64,000 nucleotides of DNA from Eledone cirrhosa (taxonomy: Eukaryota). Below are positions 25,572-38,600 of the stretch, in pieces. The DNA lies in NCBI GenBank assembly GCA_964016885.1, contig OZ024744.1:133734001-133798000 (forward strand), in the 5' to 3' direction. Position 1 is the first letter of the stretch. Each line of letters begins with the position of its first letter. The notes below the pieces were generated by a model, which worked only from the letters and a program-made list of their open reading frames with translations, made no database searches and was not told the DNA's origin. The translations under genes and the position numbers were made by a program.

Positions 25572-28500
25572 TAAGTCGGGGTTAAGTTAAGTTGGCGTTA
25601 AGTTAAGTTAGGCTTAACTTAAGTTGGGGTTCAGTTAAGTTGGGGGTAAGTTAAGTTGGGGGTAAGTTAAGGTGGGGTTAAGTTAAGTTGCGGTTAAGTT
25701 GGGGTTAAGTTAAGTTAGGGTTAAGTTAAGTTGGGGTTGAGTTAAGTTGGGGTTAATTAAGTGGTGGTTATGTTAAGTTGGGGTTAAGTTAAGTTGGGGT
25801 TAATTTAAATTGGGGTTAAGTTAACTTTGTGGTTAAGTTAAGTTGGGGTTAAGTTAAGTTGGGGTTAAGTTGGGGTTGAGTTAAGTTGGGGTTGAGTGAA
25901 GTTGGGGTTAAGTTAAGTTGGGGTTAAGTTTAGTCGGGGTTAATTTAAGTTGTGGTTGATTTAAGTTGGGGTTAATTTAAGTTGGGGCTAAGTTAATTTG
26001 TGGTTAAGTTAAGTTGGGGTTAAGTTAAGTTGGGGTTAAGTTAAGTTGGGGTTGAGTTAAGTTGGGGTTGAGGTAATTTGGGGTTAAGTTAAGTTGGGGT
26101 TAAGTTAAGTTGGGTTTAAGTTAAGTTGGGGTTAAATTAAGTTGGGGTTAAATTAAGTTGGGGTTAAGTTAAGTTGGGGGTAAGTTAATTTGGGGGCAAG
26201 TTAAGTTGGGGTTAATTTAAGTTGGGGTTAAATTAAGTTGGGGTTACGTTAAGTTGGTGTTAAGTTAAGTTGGGGTTAATTTAAGTTGGGGTTAATTAAG
26301 TTGGGGTTAAGTTAAGTTGGGGTTAAGTTAAGTTGGGGTTAATTTAAGTTGGGGTTGAGTTAAGTTGGGGTTAAGTTAATTTGGGGTTATATTAAGTTGG
26401 GGTTAAGTTAAGTTGGGGTTCAGTTAAGTTGGGGATAAGTTAAGTTGGGGTTAAGTTAAGTTGGGGTTAAGTTAAGGTGGGGTTAAGTTAAGTTGGTGTT
26501 GAGTTAAGTTGGGGCTAAGTTAAGTTGGGGCTGAGTTAAGTTGGGGCTGAGTTAAGTTGGGGTTAAGTTAAGTTGGGGTTGAGTTAAGTTGGGGTTAAGT
26601 TAAGTTGGGGTCAAGTTAAGTTGGGGTTACGTTGGGGTTAAGTTAAGTTGGGGTTAAGTTAAGTTGGGGTTAAGTTAATTTGTGGTTAAGTTAAGTTGGG
26701 GTTAAGTTAAGTTGGGGTTAAGTTAAGTTGGGGTTAAGTTAAGTCGGGGTTAAGTTAAGTTGGGGTTAAGTTAAGTTGGGGTTAATTTAAGTTGGGGTTG
26801 AGTTAAGTTGGGGTTGAGTTAAATTGGGGTTGAGTTAAGTTGGGGTTGAGTTAAGTTGGTGTTGAGTTAAGTTGGGGTTAAGTTAAGTTGGGGTTAAGTT
26901 AAGTTGCAGTTAAGTTAAGTTGAGGTTAAGTTAAGTTGGGGTTAAGTTAAGTTGGGGTTAAGTTAAGTTGGGGTTAAGTTAAGTTGGGGTTAAGTTAATT
27001 TGTGGTTAAGTTAAGTTGGGGCTAAGTTAAGTTGGGGTTAAGTTAAGTTGGGGTTAAGTTAAGTCGGGGTTAAGTTAAGTTGGGGTTAAGTTAAGTTGGG
27101 GTTAATTTAAGTTGGGGTTAAGTTAAGTTGGGGTTAAGTTAAGTTGGGGTTAAGTTAAGATGGGGTTAAGTTAAGTTGGGGTCAAGTTAAGTTGGGGTTA
27201 AGTTGGGGTTAATTTAAGTTAGGTTTAAGTTAAGTTGGGGTTAAGTTAAGTTGGGGTTAAGTTAAGTTGGGGTTAAGTTAAGTTGGGGTTAAGTTAAGTT
27301 GGGGTTAAGTTAAGTTGGGGTTAAGTTAAGTTGGGGTTAAGTTAAGTTGGGGCTAAGTTAAGTTGGGGCTGAGTTAAGTTGGGGTTAAGTTAAGTTGGGC
27401 TTAATTTAAGTCGGGGTTAAGTTAAGTTAGGGTTCAGTTAAGTCGGGGTTAAGTTAAGTTAGGGTTCAGTTAAGTTGGGGTCAAGTTAAGTTGGGGTTAA
27501 GTTGGGGTTAAGTTAAGTTAGGTTTAAGTTAAGTTGGGGTTGAGTTAAGTTGGGGTTGAGTTAAATTGGGGTTGAGTTAAGTTGGGGATAAGTTAAGTTG
27601 GGGTTAAGTTAAGTTGGGGTTAAGTTAAGTTGGGGTTAAGTTAAGTTGGTGTTAAGTTAAGTTGTGGCTAAGTTAAGTTGGGGCTGAGTTAAGTTGGGGC
27701 TGAGTTAAGTTGGGGTTAAGTTAAGTTGGGGTTGAGTTAAGTTGGGGTTAAGTTAAGTTGGGGTCAAGTTAAGTTGGGGTTAAGTTGGGGTTAATTTAAG
27801 TTAGGTTTAAGTTAAGTTGGGGTTAAGTTAAGTTGGGGTTAAGTTAAGTTGGGGTTAAGTTAAGTTGGGGTTAAGTTAAGTTGGGGTTAAGTTAATTTGT
27901 GGTTAAGTTAAGTTGGGGTTAAGTTAAGTTGGGGTTAAGTTAAGTTGGGGTTAAGTTAAGTCGGGGTTAAATTAAGTTGGGGTTAAGTTAAGTTGGGGTT
28001 AATTTAAGTTGGGGTTAAGTTAAGTTGGGGTTAAGTTAAGTTGGGGTTAAGTTAAGATGGGGTTAAGTTAAGTTGGGGTTAAGTTAAGTTGAGGTTAATT
28101 TAAGTTGGGGTTAAATTAAGTTGGGGTTAAGTTAAGTTGGGGTTAAGTTAAGTTGGGGTTAAGTTAAGTTGGGGATAAGTTAAGTTGGGGATAATTTAAG
28201 TTGGGGTTAAGTTAAGTCGGGGTTAAGTTAAGTCGGGGTTAAGTTAAGTTAGGGTTCAGTTAAGTTGGGGTTAAGTTAAGTTGGGGTTGAGTTAAGTTGG
28301 GGTTGAGTTAAATTGGGGTTGAGTTAAGTTGGGGTTGAGTTAAGTTGGTTTTGAGTTAAGTTGGGGTTAAGTTAAGTTGGGGTTAAGTTAAGTTGCAGTT
28401 AAGTTAATTTGAGGTTCAGTTAAGTTGGGGTTAAGATAAGTTGGGGTTAAGATGGGGTTAAATTAAGTTGGGGTTAAGTTAAGTTGGGGTTAAGTTAAGT

Positions 28501-31500
28501 TGGGGTTAAGTTAAGTCGGGGTTAAGTTAAGTCGGGGTTAAGTTAAGTTAGGGTTCAGTTAAGTTGGGGTTAAGTTAAGTTGGGGTTGAGTTAAGTTGGG
28601 GTTGAGTTAAATTGGGGTTGAGTTAAGTTGGGGTTGAGTTAAGTTGGTTTTGAGTTAAGTTGGGGTTAAGTTAAGTTGGGGTTAAGTTAAGTTGCAGTTA
28701 AGTTAATTTGAGGTTAAGTTAAGTTGGGGTTAAGTTAAGTTGGGGTTTATTTAAGTTGGGGTTAAATTAAGTTGGGGTTCAGTTAAGTTGGGGTTAAGAT
28801 AAGTTGGGGTTAAGATGGGGTTAAATTAAGTTGGGGTTAAGTTAAGTTGGGGTTAAGTTAAGTTGGGGTTAAGTTAAGTCGGGGTTAAGTTAAGTCGGGG
28901 TTAAGTTAAGTTAGGGTTCAGTTAAGTTGGGGTTAAGTTAAGTTGGGGTTGAGTTAAGTTGGGGTTGAGTTAAATTGGGGTTGAGTTAAGTTGGGGTTGA
29001 GTTAAGTTGGTTTTGAGTTAAGTTGGGGTTAAGTTAAGTTGGGGTTAAGTTAAGTTGCAGTTAAGTTAATTTGAGGTTAAGTTAAGGTGCGGTTAAGTTA
29101 AGTTGGGGTTAAGTTAAGTTGGGGCTAAGTTAAGTTGGGGCTAAGTTAAGTTGGGGCTAAGTTAAGTTGGGGTTAAGTTAAGTTGAGGTTAATTTAATTT
29201 GGGGTTAAGTTGGGGTTAAGTTAAGTTGGGGTTAAGTTAAGTTGGGGTTAAGTTAAGTTGGGTTTAAGTTAAGTTGGGGTTAAGTTAAGTTGGGGTCAAG
29301 TTAAGTTGGGGTTAAGTTAAGTTGGTTAGTTAAGTTGAGTTTAAGTTAAGTTGGGGTTAATTTAAGTTGGGGTTAAGTTAAGTTGGGGTTAAGTTAAGTT
29401 GGGGTTAAGTTAAGTTGGGGTTAAGTTAAGTTGGGGTTAAGTTAAGTCGGGGTTAATTTAAGTCGGGGTTAAGTTAAGTTGGGGTTGAGTTAAGTTGGGG
29501 TTGAGTTAAATTGGCGTTGAGTTAAGTTGGGGTTGAGTTAAGTTGGTGTTTAGTTAAGTTGGGGTTAAGTTAAGTTGGGGTTAAGTTAAGTTGCAGTTAA
29601 GTTAAGTTGAGGTTAAGTTAAGGTGGGGTTAAGTTAAGTCGGGGTTAAGTTAAGTTGTGGTTGAGTTAAGTTGGGGTTAATTTAAGTTGGGGCTAAGTTA
29701 ATTTGTGGTTAAGTTAAGTTGGGGTTAAGTTAAGTTGGGGTTAAGTTAAGTTGGGGTTGAGTTAAGTTGGGGTTGAGTTAATTTGGGGTTAAGTTAAGTT
29801 GGGGTTAAGTTAAGTTGGGTTTAAGTTAAGTTGGGGTTAAATTAAGTTGGGGTTAAATTAAGTTGGGGTTAAGTTAAGTTGGGGGTAAGTTAAGTTGGGG
29901 GCAAGTAAGTTGGGGTTAATTTAAGTTGGGGTTAAATTAAGTTGGGGTTACGTTAAGTTGGTGTTAAGTTAAGTTGGGGTTAATTTAAGTTGGGGTTAAT
30001 TAAGTTGGGGTTAAGTTAAGTTGGGGCTAAGTTAAGTTGGGGCTGAGTTAAGTTGGGGTTAAGTTAAGTTGGGGTTAAGTTAAGTTGGGGTTAAGTTAAG
30101 TTGGGGTTAAGTTAAGTTGGGGTTAAGTTAATTTCTGGTTAAGTTAAGTTGGGGTTAAGTTAAGTTGGGGTTAAGTTAAGTTGGGGTTAAGTTAAGTCGG
30201 TGTTAAGTTAAGTTGGGGTTAAGTTAAGTTGGGGTTAATTTAAGTTGGGGTTAAGTTAAGTTGGGGTCAAGTTAAGTTGGGGTTAAGTTGGGGTTAAGTT
30301 AAGTTAGGTTTAAGTTAAGTTGAGGTTAAGTTAAGTTGGGGTTAAGTTAAGTTGAGGTTAAGCTAAGTTGGGGTTAAGTTAATTTGTGGTTAAGTTAAGT
30401 TGGGGTTAAGTTAAGTTGGGGTTAAGTTAAGTTGGGGATAAGTTAAGTTGGGGTTAAGTTAAGTTGGGGTTAATTTAAGTTGGGGTTGAATTAAGTTGGG
30501 GTTAAGTTAAGTTGGGGTTAAATTAAGTTGGGGTTAAGTTAAGTTGGGGTTAAGTCAAGTTGGGGTTAAGTTAAGTTGGGGATAAGTTAAGTTGGGGATA
30601 ATTTAAGTTGGGGTTAAGTTAAGTTGGGTTTAAGTTAAGTTGGGGTTAAGTTAAGTTGGGGTTAAGTTAAGTTGGGGTTAAGTTAAGTTGGGGTTAAGTT
30701 AAGTTGGGGTTAAGTTAAGTTGGGGCTAAGTTAAGTTGGGGCTGAGTTAAGTTGGGGTTAAGTTAAGTTGGGCTTAATTTAAGTCGGGGTTAAGTTAAGT
30801 TAGGGTTCAGTTAAGTTGGGGTTAAGTTAAGTTGGGGTTGAGTTAAGTTGGGGTTGAGTTAAATTGGGGTTGAGTTAAGTTGGGGATAAGTTAAGTTGGG
30901 GTTAAGTTAAGTTGGGGTTAAGTTAAGTTGGGGTTAAGTTAAGTTGGTGTTAAGTTAAGTTGTGGCTAAGTTAAGTTGGGGCTGAGTTAAGTTGGGGCTG
31001 AGTTAAGTTGGGGTTGAGTTAAGTTGGGGTTAAGTTAAGTTGGGGTCAAGTTAAGTTGGGGTTAAGTTGGGGTTAATTTAAGTTAGGTTTAAGTTAAGTT
31101 GGGGTTAAGTTAAGTTGGGGTTAAGTTAAGTTGGGGTTAAGTTAAGTTGGGGTTAAGTTAATTTGTGGTTAAGTTAAGTTGGGGTTAACTTAAGTTGGGG
31201 TTAAGTTAAGTTGGGGTTAAGTTAAGTCGGGGTTAAATTAAGTTGGGGTTAAGTTAAGTTGGGGTTAATTTAAGTTGGGGTTAAGTTAAGTTGGGGTTAA
31301 GTTAAGTTGGGGTTAAGTTAAGATGGGGTTAAGTTAAGTTGGGGTTAAGTTAAGTTGAGGTTAAGTTAAGTTGGGGTTAAATTAAGTTGGGGTTAAGTTA
31401 AGTTGGGGTTAAGTTAAGTTGGGGTTAAGTTAAGTTGGGGATAAGTTAAGTTGGGGATAATTTAAGTTGGGGTTAAGTTAAGTTGGGTTTAAGTTAAGTT

Positions 31501-34500
31501 GGGGTTAAGTTAAGTTGGGGTTAAGTTAAGTTGGGGTTAAGTTAAGTTGGGGTTAAGTTAAGTTGGGGTTAAGTTAAGTTGGGGCTAAGTTAAGTTGGGG
31601 CTGAGTTAAGTTGGGGTTAAGTTAAGTTGGGGTTAAGTTAAGTTGGGGTTAAGTTAAGTTGGGGTTTATTTAAGTTGGGGTTAAATTAAGTTGGGGTTCA
31701 GTTAAGTTGGGGTTAAGATAAGTTGGGGTTAAGATGGGGTTAAATTAAGTTGGGGTTAAGTTAAGTTGGGGTTAAGTTAAGTTGGGGTTAAGTTAAGTCG
31801 GGGTTAAGTTAAGTCGGGGTTAAGTTAAGTTAGGGTTCAGTTAAGTTGGGGTTAAGTTAAGTTGGGGTTGAGTTAAGTTGGGGTTGAGTTAAATTGGGGT
31901 TGAGTTAAGTTGGGGTTGAGTTAAGTTGGTTTTGAGTTAAGTTGGGGTTAAGTTAAGTTGGGGTTAAGTTAAGTTGCAGTTAAGTTAAGTTGAGGTTAAG
32001 TTAAGGTGCGGTTAAGTTAAGTTGGGGTTAAGTTAAGTTGGGGCTAAGTTAAGTTGGGGCTAAGTTAAGTTGGGGCTAAGTTAAGTTGGGGTTAAGTTAA
32101 GTTGAGGTTAATTTAATTTGGGGTTAAGTTGGGGTTAAGTTAAGTTGGGGTTAAGTTAAGTTGGGGTTAAGTTAAGTTGGGTTTAAGTTAAGTTGGGGTT
32201 AAGTTAAGTTAGGGTCAAGTTAAGTTGGGGTTAAGTTAAGTTGGTTAGTTAAGTTGAGTTTAAGTTAAGTTGGGGTTAATTTAAGTTGGGGTTAAGTTAA
32301 GTTGGGGTTAAGTTAAGTTGGGGTTAAGTTAAGTTGGGGTTAAGTTAAGTTGGGGTTAAGTTAAGTCGGGGTTAATTTAAGTCGGGGTTAAGTTAAGTTG
32401 GGGTTGAGTTAAGTTGGGGTTGAGTTAAATTGGCGTTGAGTTAAGTTGGGGTTGAGTTAAGTTGGTGTTTAGTTAAGTTGGGGTTAAGTTAAGTTGGGGT
32501 TAAGTTAAGTTGCAGTTAAGTTAAGTTGAGGTTAAGTTAAGGTGGGGTTAAGTTAAGTCGGGGTTAAGTTAAGTTGTGGTTGAGTTAAGTTGGGGTTAAT
32601 TTAAGTTGGGGCTAAGTTAATTTGTGGTTAAGTTAAGTTGGGGTTAAGTTAAGTTGGGGTTAAGTAAAGTTGGGGTTGAGTTAAGTTGGGGTTGAGTTAA
32701 ATTGGGGTTAAGTTAAGTTGGGGTTAAGTTAAGTTGGGTTTAAGTTAAGTTGGGGTTAAATTAAGTTGGGGTTAAATTAAGTTGGGGTTAAGTTAAGTTG
32801 GGGGTAAGTTAAGTTGGGGGCAAGTAAGTTGGGGTTAATTTAAGTTGGGGTTAAATTAAGTTGGGGTTACGTTAAGTTGGTGTTAAGTTAAGTTGGGGTT
32901 AATTTAAGTTGGGGTTAATTAAGTTGGGGTTAAGTTAAGTTGGGGTTAAGTTAAGTTGGGGTTAATTTAAGTTGGGGTTGAGTTAAGTTGGGGTTCAGTT
33001 AAGTTGGGGATAAGTTAAGTTGGGGTTAAGTTAAGTTGGGGTTAAGTTAAGTTGGGGTTAAGTTAAGTTGGTGTTAAGTTAAGTTGGGGCTAAGTTAAGT
33101 TGGGGCTGAGTTAAGTTGGGGCTGATTTAAGTTGGGGTTAAGTTAAGTTGGGGTTGAGTTAAGTTGGGGTTAAGTTAAGTTGGGGTCAAGTTAAGTTGGG
33201 GTTAAGTTGGGGTTAAGTTAAGTTAGGTTTAAGTTAAGTTGGGGTTAAGTTAAGTTGGGGTTAAGTTAAGTTGGGGTTAAGTTAAGTTGGGGTTAAGTTA
33301 AGTTGGGGTTAAGTTAATTTGTGGTTAAGTTAAGTTGGGGTTAAGTTAAGTTGGGGTTAAGTTAAGTTGGGGTTAAGTTAAGTCGGGGTTAAGTTAAGTT
33401 GGGGTTAAGCTAAGTTGGGGTTAATTTAAGTTGGGGTTAAGTTAAGTTGGGGCTAAGTTAAGTTGAGGTTAAGTTAAGTTGGGGTTAAATTAAGTTGGGG
33501 TTAAGTTAAGTTGGGGTTAAGTTAAGTTGGGGTTAAGTTAAGTTGAGGTTAAGTTAAGTTGGGGTTAAATTAAGTTGGGGTTAAGTTAAGTTGGGGTTAA
33601 GTTAAGTTGGGTTTAATTTAAGTTGGGGTTAAGTTAAGTTGGGGATAAGTTAAGTTGGGGTTAAGTTAAGTTGGGGTTAAGTTAAGTTGGGGTTAAGTTA
33701 AGTTGGGGTTAATTTAAGTTGGGGTTTATTTAAGTTGGGGTTAATTAAGTTGGGGTTAAGTTAAGTTGGGGTTAATTTAAGTTGGGGTTGAGTTAAGTTG
33801 GGGTTAAGTTAAGTTGGGGTTATATTAAGTTGGGGTTAAGTTAAGTTGGGGTTCAGTTAAGTTGGGTATGAGTTAAGTTGGGGTTAAGTTAAGTTGGGGT
33901 TAAGTTAAGTTGGGGTTAATTAAGTTGGGGTTAAGTTAAGTTGGGGTTAATTTAAGTTGGGGTTGAGTTAAGTTGGGGTTAAGTTAAGTTGGGGTTATAT
34001 TAAGTTGGGCTTAAGTTAAGTTGGGGTTCAGTTAAGTTGGGTATAAGTTAAGTTGGGGTTAAGTTAAGTTGGGGTTAAGTTAAGTTGGGGTTAAGTTAAG
34101 TTGGGGTTAAGTTAAGTTGGGGCTAAGTTAAGTTGGGGCTGAGTTAAGTTGGGGCTGAGTTAAGTTGGGGTTAAGTTAAGTTGGGGTCAAGCTAAGTTGG
34201 GGTTAAGTTGGGGTTAAGTTAAGTTAGGTTTAAGTTAAGTTGGGGTTAAGTTAAGTTGGGGTTAAGTTAAGTTGGGGTTAAGTTAAGTTGGGGTTAAGTT
34301 AAGTTGGGGTTAAGTTAATTTCTGGTTAAGTTAAGTTGGGGTTAAGGTAAGTTGGGGTTAAGTTAAGTTGGGGTTAAGTTAAGTCGGGGTTAAGTTAAGT
34401 TGGGGTTAAGTTAAGTTGGGGTTAATTTAAGTTGGGGTTAAGTTAAGTTGGGGTCAAGTTAAGTTGGGGTTAAGTTGGGGTTAAGTTAAGTTAGGTTTAA

Positions 34501-35471
34501 GTTAAGTTGGGGTTAAGTTAAGTTGGGCTTAAGTTAAGTTGGGGTTAAGTTAAGTTGGGGTTAAGTTAATTTGTGGTTAAGTTAAGTTAGGGTTAAGTTA
34601 AGTTGGGGTTAAGTTGAGTTGGGGTTAAGTTAAGTCGGGGTTAAGTTAAGTTGGGGTTAAGTTAAGTTGGGGTTAATTTAAGTTGGGGTTGAATTAAGTT
34701 GGGGTTAAGTTAAGTTGGGGTTAAATTAAGTTGGGGTTAAGTTAAGTTGGGGTTAAGTCAAGTTGGGGTTAAGTTAAGTTGGGGATAAGTTAAGTTGGGG
34801 ATAATTTAAGTTGGGGTTAAGTTAAGTTGGGTTTAAGTTAAGTTGGGGTTAAGTTAAGTTGGGGTTAAGTTAAGTTGGGGTTAAGTTAAGTTGGGGTTAA
34901 GTTAAGTTGGGGTTCAGTTAAGTTGGGGTTAAGTTAAGTTGGGGTTGAGTTAAGTTGGGGTTGAGTTAAATTGGGGTTGAGTTAAGTTGGGGTTGAGTTA
35001 AGTTGGTGTTGAGTTAATTTGGGGTTAAGTTAAGTTGGGGTTAAGTTAAGGTGCGGTTAAGTTAAGTTGGGGTTAAGTTAAGTTGGGGCTAAGTTAAGTT
35101 GGGGCTAAGTTAAGTTGGGGCTAAGTTAAGTTGGGGTTAAGTTAAGTTGGGGTTAAGTTAAGTCGGGGTTAAGTTAAGTTGGGGTTAAGTTAAGTTGGGG
35201 TTAATTTAAGTTGGGGTTAAGTTAAGTCGGGGTTAAGTTAAGTTGGGGTTAAGTTAAGTTGGGGTTAAGTTAAGTTGGGTTTAAGTTAAGTTGGGGTTAA
35301 GTTAAGTTGGGGTTAAGTTAAGTTGGGGTTAAGTTAAGTTGGTTAGTTAAGTTGAGTTTAAGTTAAGTTGGGGTTAATTTAAGTTGGGGTTAAGTTATGT
35401 TGGGGTTAAGTTAAGTTGGGGTTAAGTTAAGTTGGGGTTAAGTTAAGTTGGGGTTAAGTTAAGTTGGGGTT

Positions 35472-35644
35472 AACCCCAACTTAACTTAACCCCAACTTCA
35501 CTCAACCCCAACGTAACTCAACCCCAACTTAACTTAACCCCAACTTCACTCAACCCCAACTTAACTTAACCCCAACTTCACTCAACCCCAACTTCCAACT
35601 TGACTTAACCCCAACTTAACTTAGCCCCAACTTAACTTAAGCCC
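35472..35644 (-). repeat. Inverted 173-bp satellite cassette, copy 4 (type B)
   Basis: Same junctions and internal variants as copy 3. Confidence 0.97.
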
Positions 35645-38600
35645 TAAGTCGGGGTTAAGTTAAGTTGGCGTTAAGTTAAGTTAGGCTTAACTTAAGTTGG
35701 GGTTCAGTTAAGTTGGGGGTAAGTTAAGTTGGGGGTAAGTTAAGGTGGGGTTAAGTTAAGTTGCGGTTAAGTTGGGGTTAAGTTAAGTTAGGGTTAAGTT
35801 AAGTTGGGGTTGAGTTAAGTTGGGGTTAATTAAGTGGTGGTTATGTTAAGTTGGGGTTAAGTTAAGTTGGGGTTAATTTAAATTGGGGTTAAGTTAACTT
35901 TGTGGTTAAGTTAAGTTGGGGTTAAGTTAAGTTGGGGTTAAGTTGGGGTTGAGTTAAGTTGGGGTTGAGTGAAGTTGGGGTTAAGTTAAGTTGGGGTTAA
36001 GTTTAGTCGGGGTTAATTTAAGTTGTGGTTGATTTAAGTTGGGGTTAATTTAAGTTGGGGCTAAGTTAATTTGTGGTTAAGTTAAGTTGGGGTTAAGTTA
36101 AGTTGGGGTTAAGTTAAGTTGGGGTTGAGTTAAGTTGGGGTTGAGGTAATTTGGGGTTAAGTTAAGTTGGGGTTAAGTTAAGTTGGGTTTAAGTTAAGTT
36201 GGGGTTAAATTAAGTTGGGGTTAAATTAAGTTGGGGTTAAGTTAAGTTGGGGGTAAGTTAATTTGGGGGCAAGTTAAGTTGGGGTTAATTTAAGTTGGGG
36301 TTAAATTAAGTTGGGGTTACGTTAAGTTGGTGTTAAGTTAAGTTGGGGTTAATTTAAGTTGGGGTTAATTAAGTTGGGGTTAAGTTAAGTTGGGGTTAAG
36401 TTAAGTTGGGGTTAATTTAAGTTGGGGTTGAGTTAAGTTGGGGTTAAGTTAATTTGGGGTTATATTAAGTTGGGGTTAAGTTAAGTTGGGGTTCAGTTAA
36501 GTTGGGGATAAGTTAAGTTGGGGTTAAGTTAAGTTGGGGTTAAGTTAAGGTGGGGTTAAGTTAAGTTGGTGTTGAGTTAAGTTGGGGCTAAGTTAAGTTG
36601 GGGCTGAGTTAAGTTGGGGCTGAGTTAAGTTGGGGTTAAGTTAAGTTGGGGTTGAGTTAAGTTGGGGTTAAGTTAAGTTGGGGTCAAGTTAAGTTGGGGT
36701 TACGTTGGGGTTAAGTTAAGTTGGGGTTAAGTTAAGTTGGGGTTAAGTTAATTTGTGGTTAAGTTAAGTTGGGGTTAAGTTAAGTTGGGGTTAAGTTAAG
36801 TTGGGGTTAAGTTAAGTCGGGGTTAAGTTAAGTTGGGGTTAAGTTAAGTTGGGGTTAATTTAAGTTGGGGTTGAGTTAAGTTGGGGTTGAGTTAAATTGG
36901 GGTTGAGTTAAGTTGGGGTTGAGTTAAGTTGGTGTTGAGTTAAGTTGGGGTTAAGTTAAGTTGGGGTTAAGTTAAGTTGCAGTTAAGTTAAGTTGAGGTT
37001 AAGTTAAGGTGGGGTTAAGTTAAGTCGGGGTTAAGTTAAGTTGTGGTTGAGTTAAGTTGGGGTTAATTTAAGTTGGGGCTAAGTTAATTTGTGGTTAAGT
37101 TAATTTGGGGTTAAGTTAAGTTGGGGTTGAGTTAAGTTGGGGTTGAGTTAATTTGGGGTTAAGTTAAGTTGGGGTTAATTTAAGTTGGGTTTAAGTTAAT
37201 TTGGGCTTAAATTAAGTTGGGGTTAAATTAAGTTGGGGTTAAGTTAAGTTGGGGGTAAGTTAAGTTGGGGGCAAGTTAAGTTGGGGTTAATTTAAGTTGG
37301 GGTTAAATTAAGTTGGGGTTACGTTAAGTTGGTGTTAAGTTAAGTTGGGGTTAATTTAAGTTGGGGTTAATTAAGTTGGGGTTAAGTTAAGTTGGGGTTA
37401 AGCTAAGTTGGGGTTAATTTAAGTTGGGGTTGAGTTAAGTTGGGGTTAAGTTAAGTTGGGGTTATATTAAGTTGGGGTTAAGTTAAGTTGGGGTTCAGTT
37501 AAGTTGGGGATAGGTTAAGTTGGGGTTAAGTTAAGTTGGGGCTAAGTTAAGTTGGGGCTGAGTTAAGTTGGGGCTGAGTTAAGTTGGGGTTAAGTTAAGT
37601 TGGGGTTGAGTTAAGTTGGGGTTAAGTTAAGTTGGGGTCAAGTTAAGTTGGGGTTAAGTTGGGGTTAAGTTAAGTTAGGTTTAAGTTAAGTTGGGGTTAA
37701 GTTAAGTTGGGGTTAAGTTAAGATGGGGTTAAGTTAAGTTGGGGTTAAGTTAAGTTGGGGTTAAGTTAATTTGTGGTTAAGTTAAGTTGGGGTTAAGTTA
37801 AGTTGGGGTTAAATTAAGTTGGGGTTAAGTTAAGTTGGGGTTAAGTTAAGTTGGGGTTAAGTTAAGTTGGGGATAAGTTAAGTTGGGGATAATTTAAGTT
37901 GGGGTTAAGTTAAGTTGGGTTTAAGTTAAGTTGGGGTTAAGTTAAGTTGGGGATAAGTTAAGTTGGGGTTAAGTTAAGTTGGGGTTAAGTTAAGTTGAGG
38001 CTAAGTTAAGTTGGGGCTGAGTTAAGTTGGGGTTAAGTTAAGTTGGGGTTAAGTTAAGTTGGGGTTAATTTAAGTTGGGGTTTATTTAAGTTGGGGTTAC
38101 GTTAAGTTGGTGTTAAGTTAAGTTGGGGTTAATTTAAGTTGGGGTTAATTAAGTTGGGGTTAAGTTAAGTTGGGGTTAAGTTAAGATGGGGTTAATTTAA
38201 GTTGGGATTGAGTTAAGTTGGGGTTAAGTTAAGTTGGGGTTAAGTTAAGTTGGTGTTAAGTTAAGTTGTGGCTAAGTTAAGTTGGGGCTGAGTTAAGTTG
38301 GGGCTGAGTTAAGTTGGGGTTAAGTTAAGTTGGGGTCAAGTTAAGTCGGGGTTAAGTTGGGGTTAAGTTAAGTTAGGGTTAAGTTAAGTTGGGGTTAAGT
38401 TAAGTTGGGGTTGAGTTAAGTTGGGGTTAAGTTAAGTTGGGGTTAAGTTAAGTTGGGGTTAAGTTAATTTGTGGTTAAGTTAAGTTGGGGTTAATTTAAG
38501 TTGGGGTTAAGTTAAGTTGGGGTTAAGTTAAGTCGGGGTTAAGTTAAGTTGGGGTTAAGTTAAGTTGGGGTTAATTTAAGTTGGGGTTAAGTTAAGTTGG

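Larger units (their letters stand above)
16800..36990 (+). repeat. Tandem duplication of a block of about 10.1 kb (copy 1 about 16.8-26.93 kb, copy 2 about 26.93-36.99 kb)
   Basis: Markers: GGCTAAG after TTTGTGG 16903/27022 (+10119); GTCGGTG 20063/30198 and TTAACTTAAG 21054/31189 (+10135); CTGATTT 23033/33122 (+10089); inverted cassettes 25399/35472 (+10073). Confidence 0.85.
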
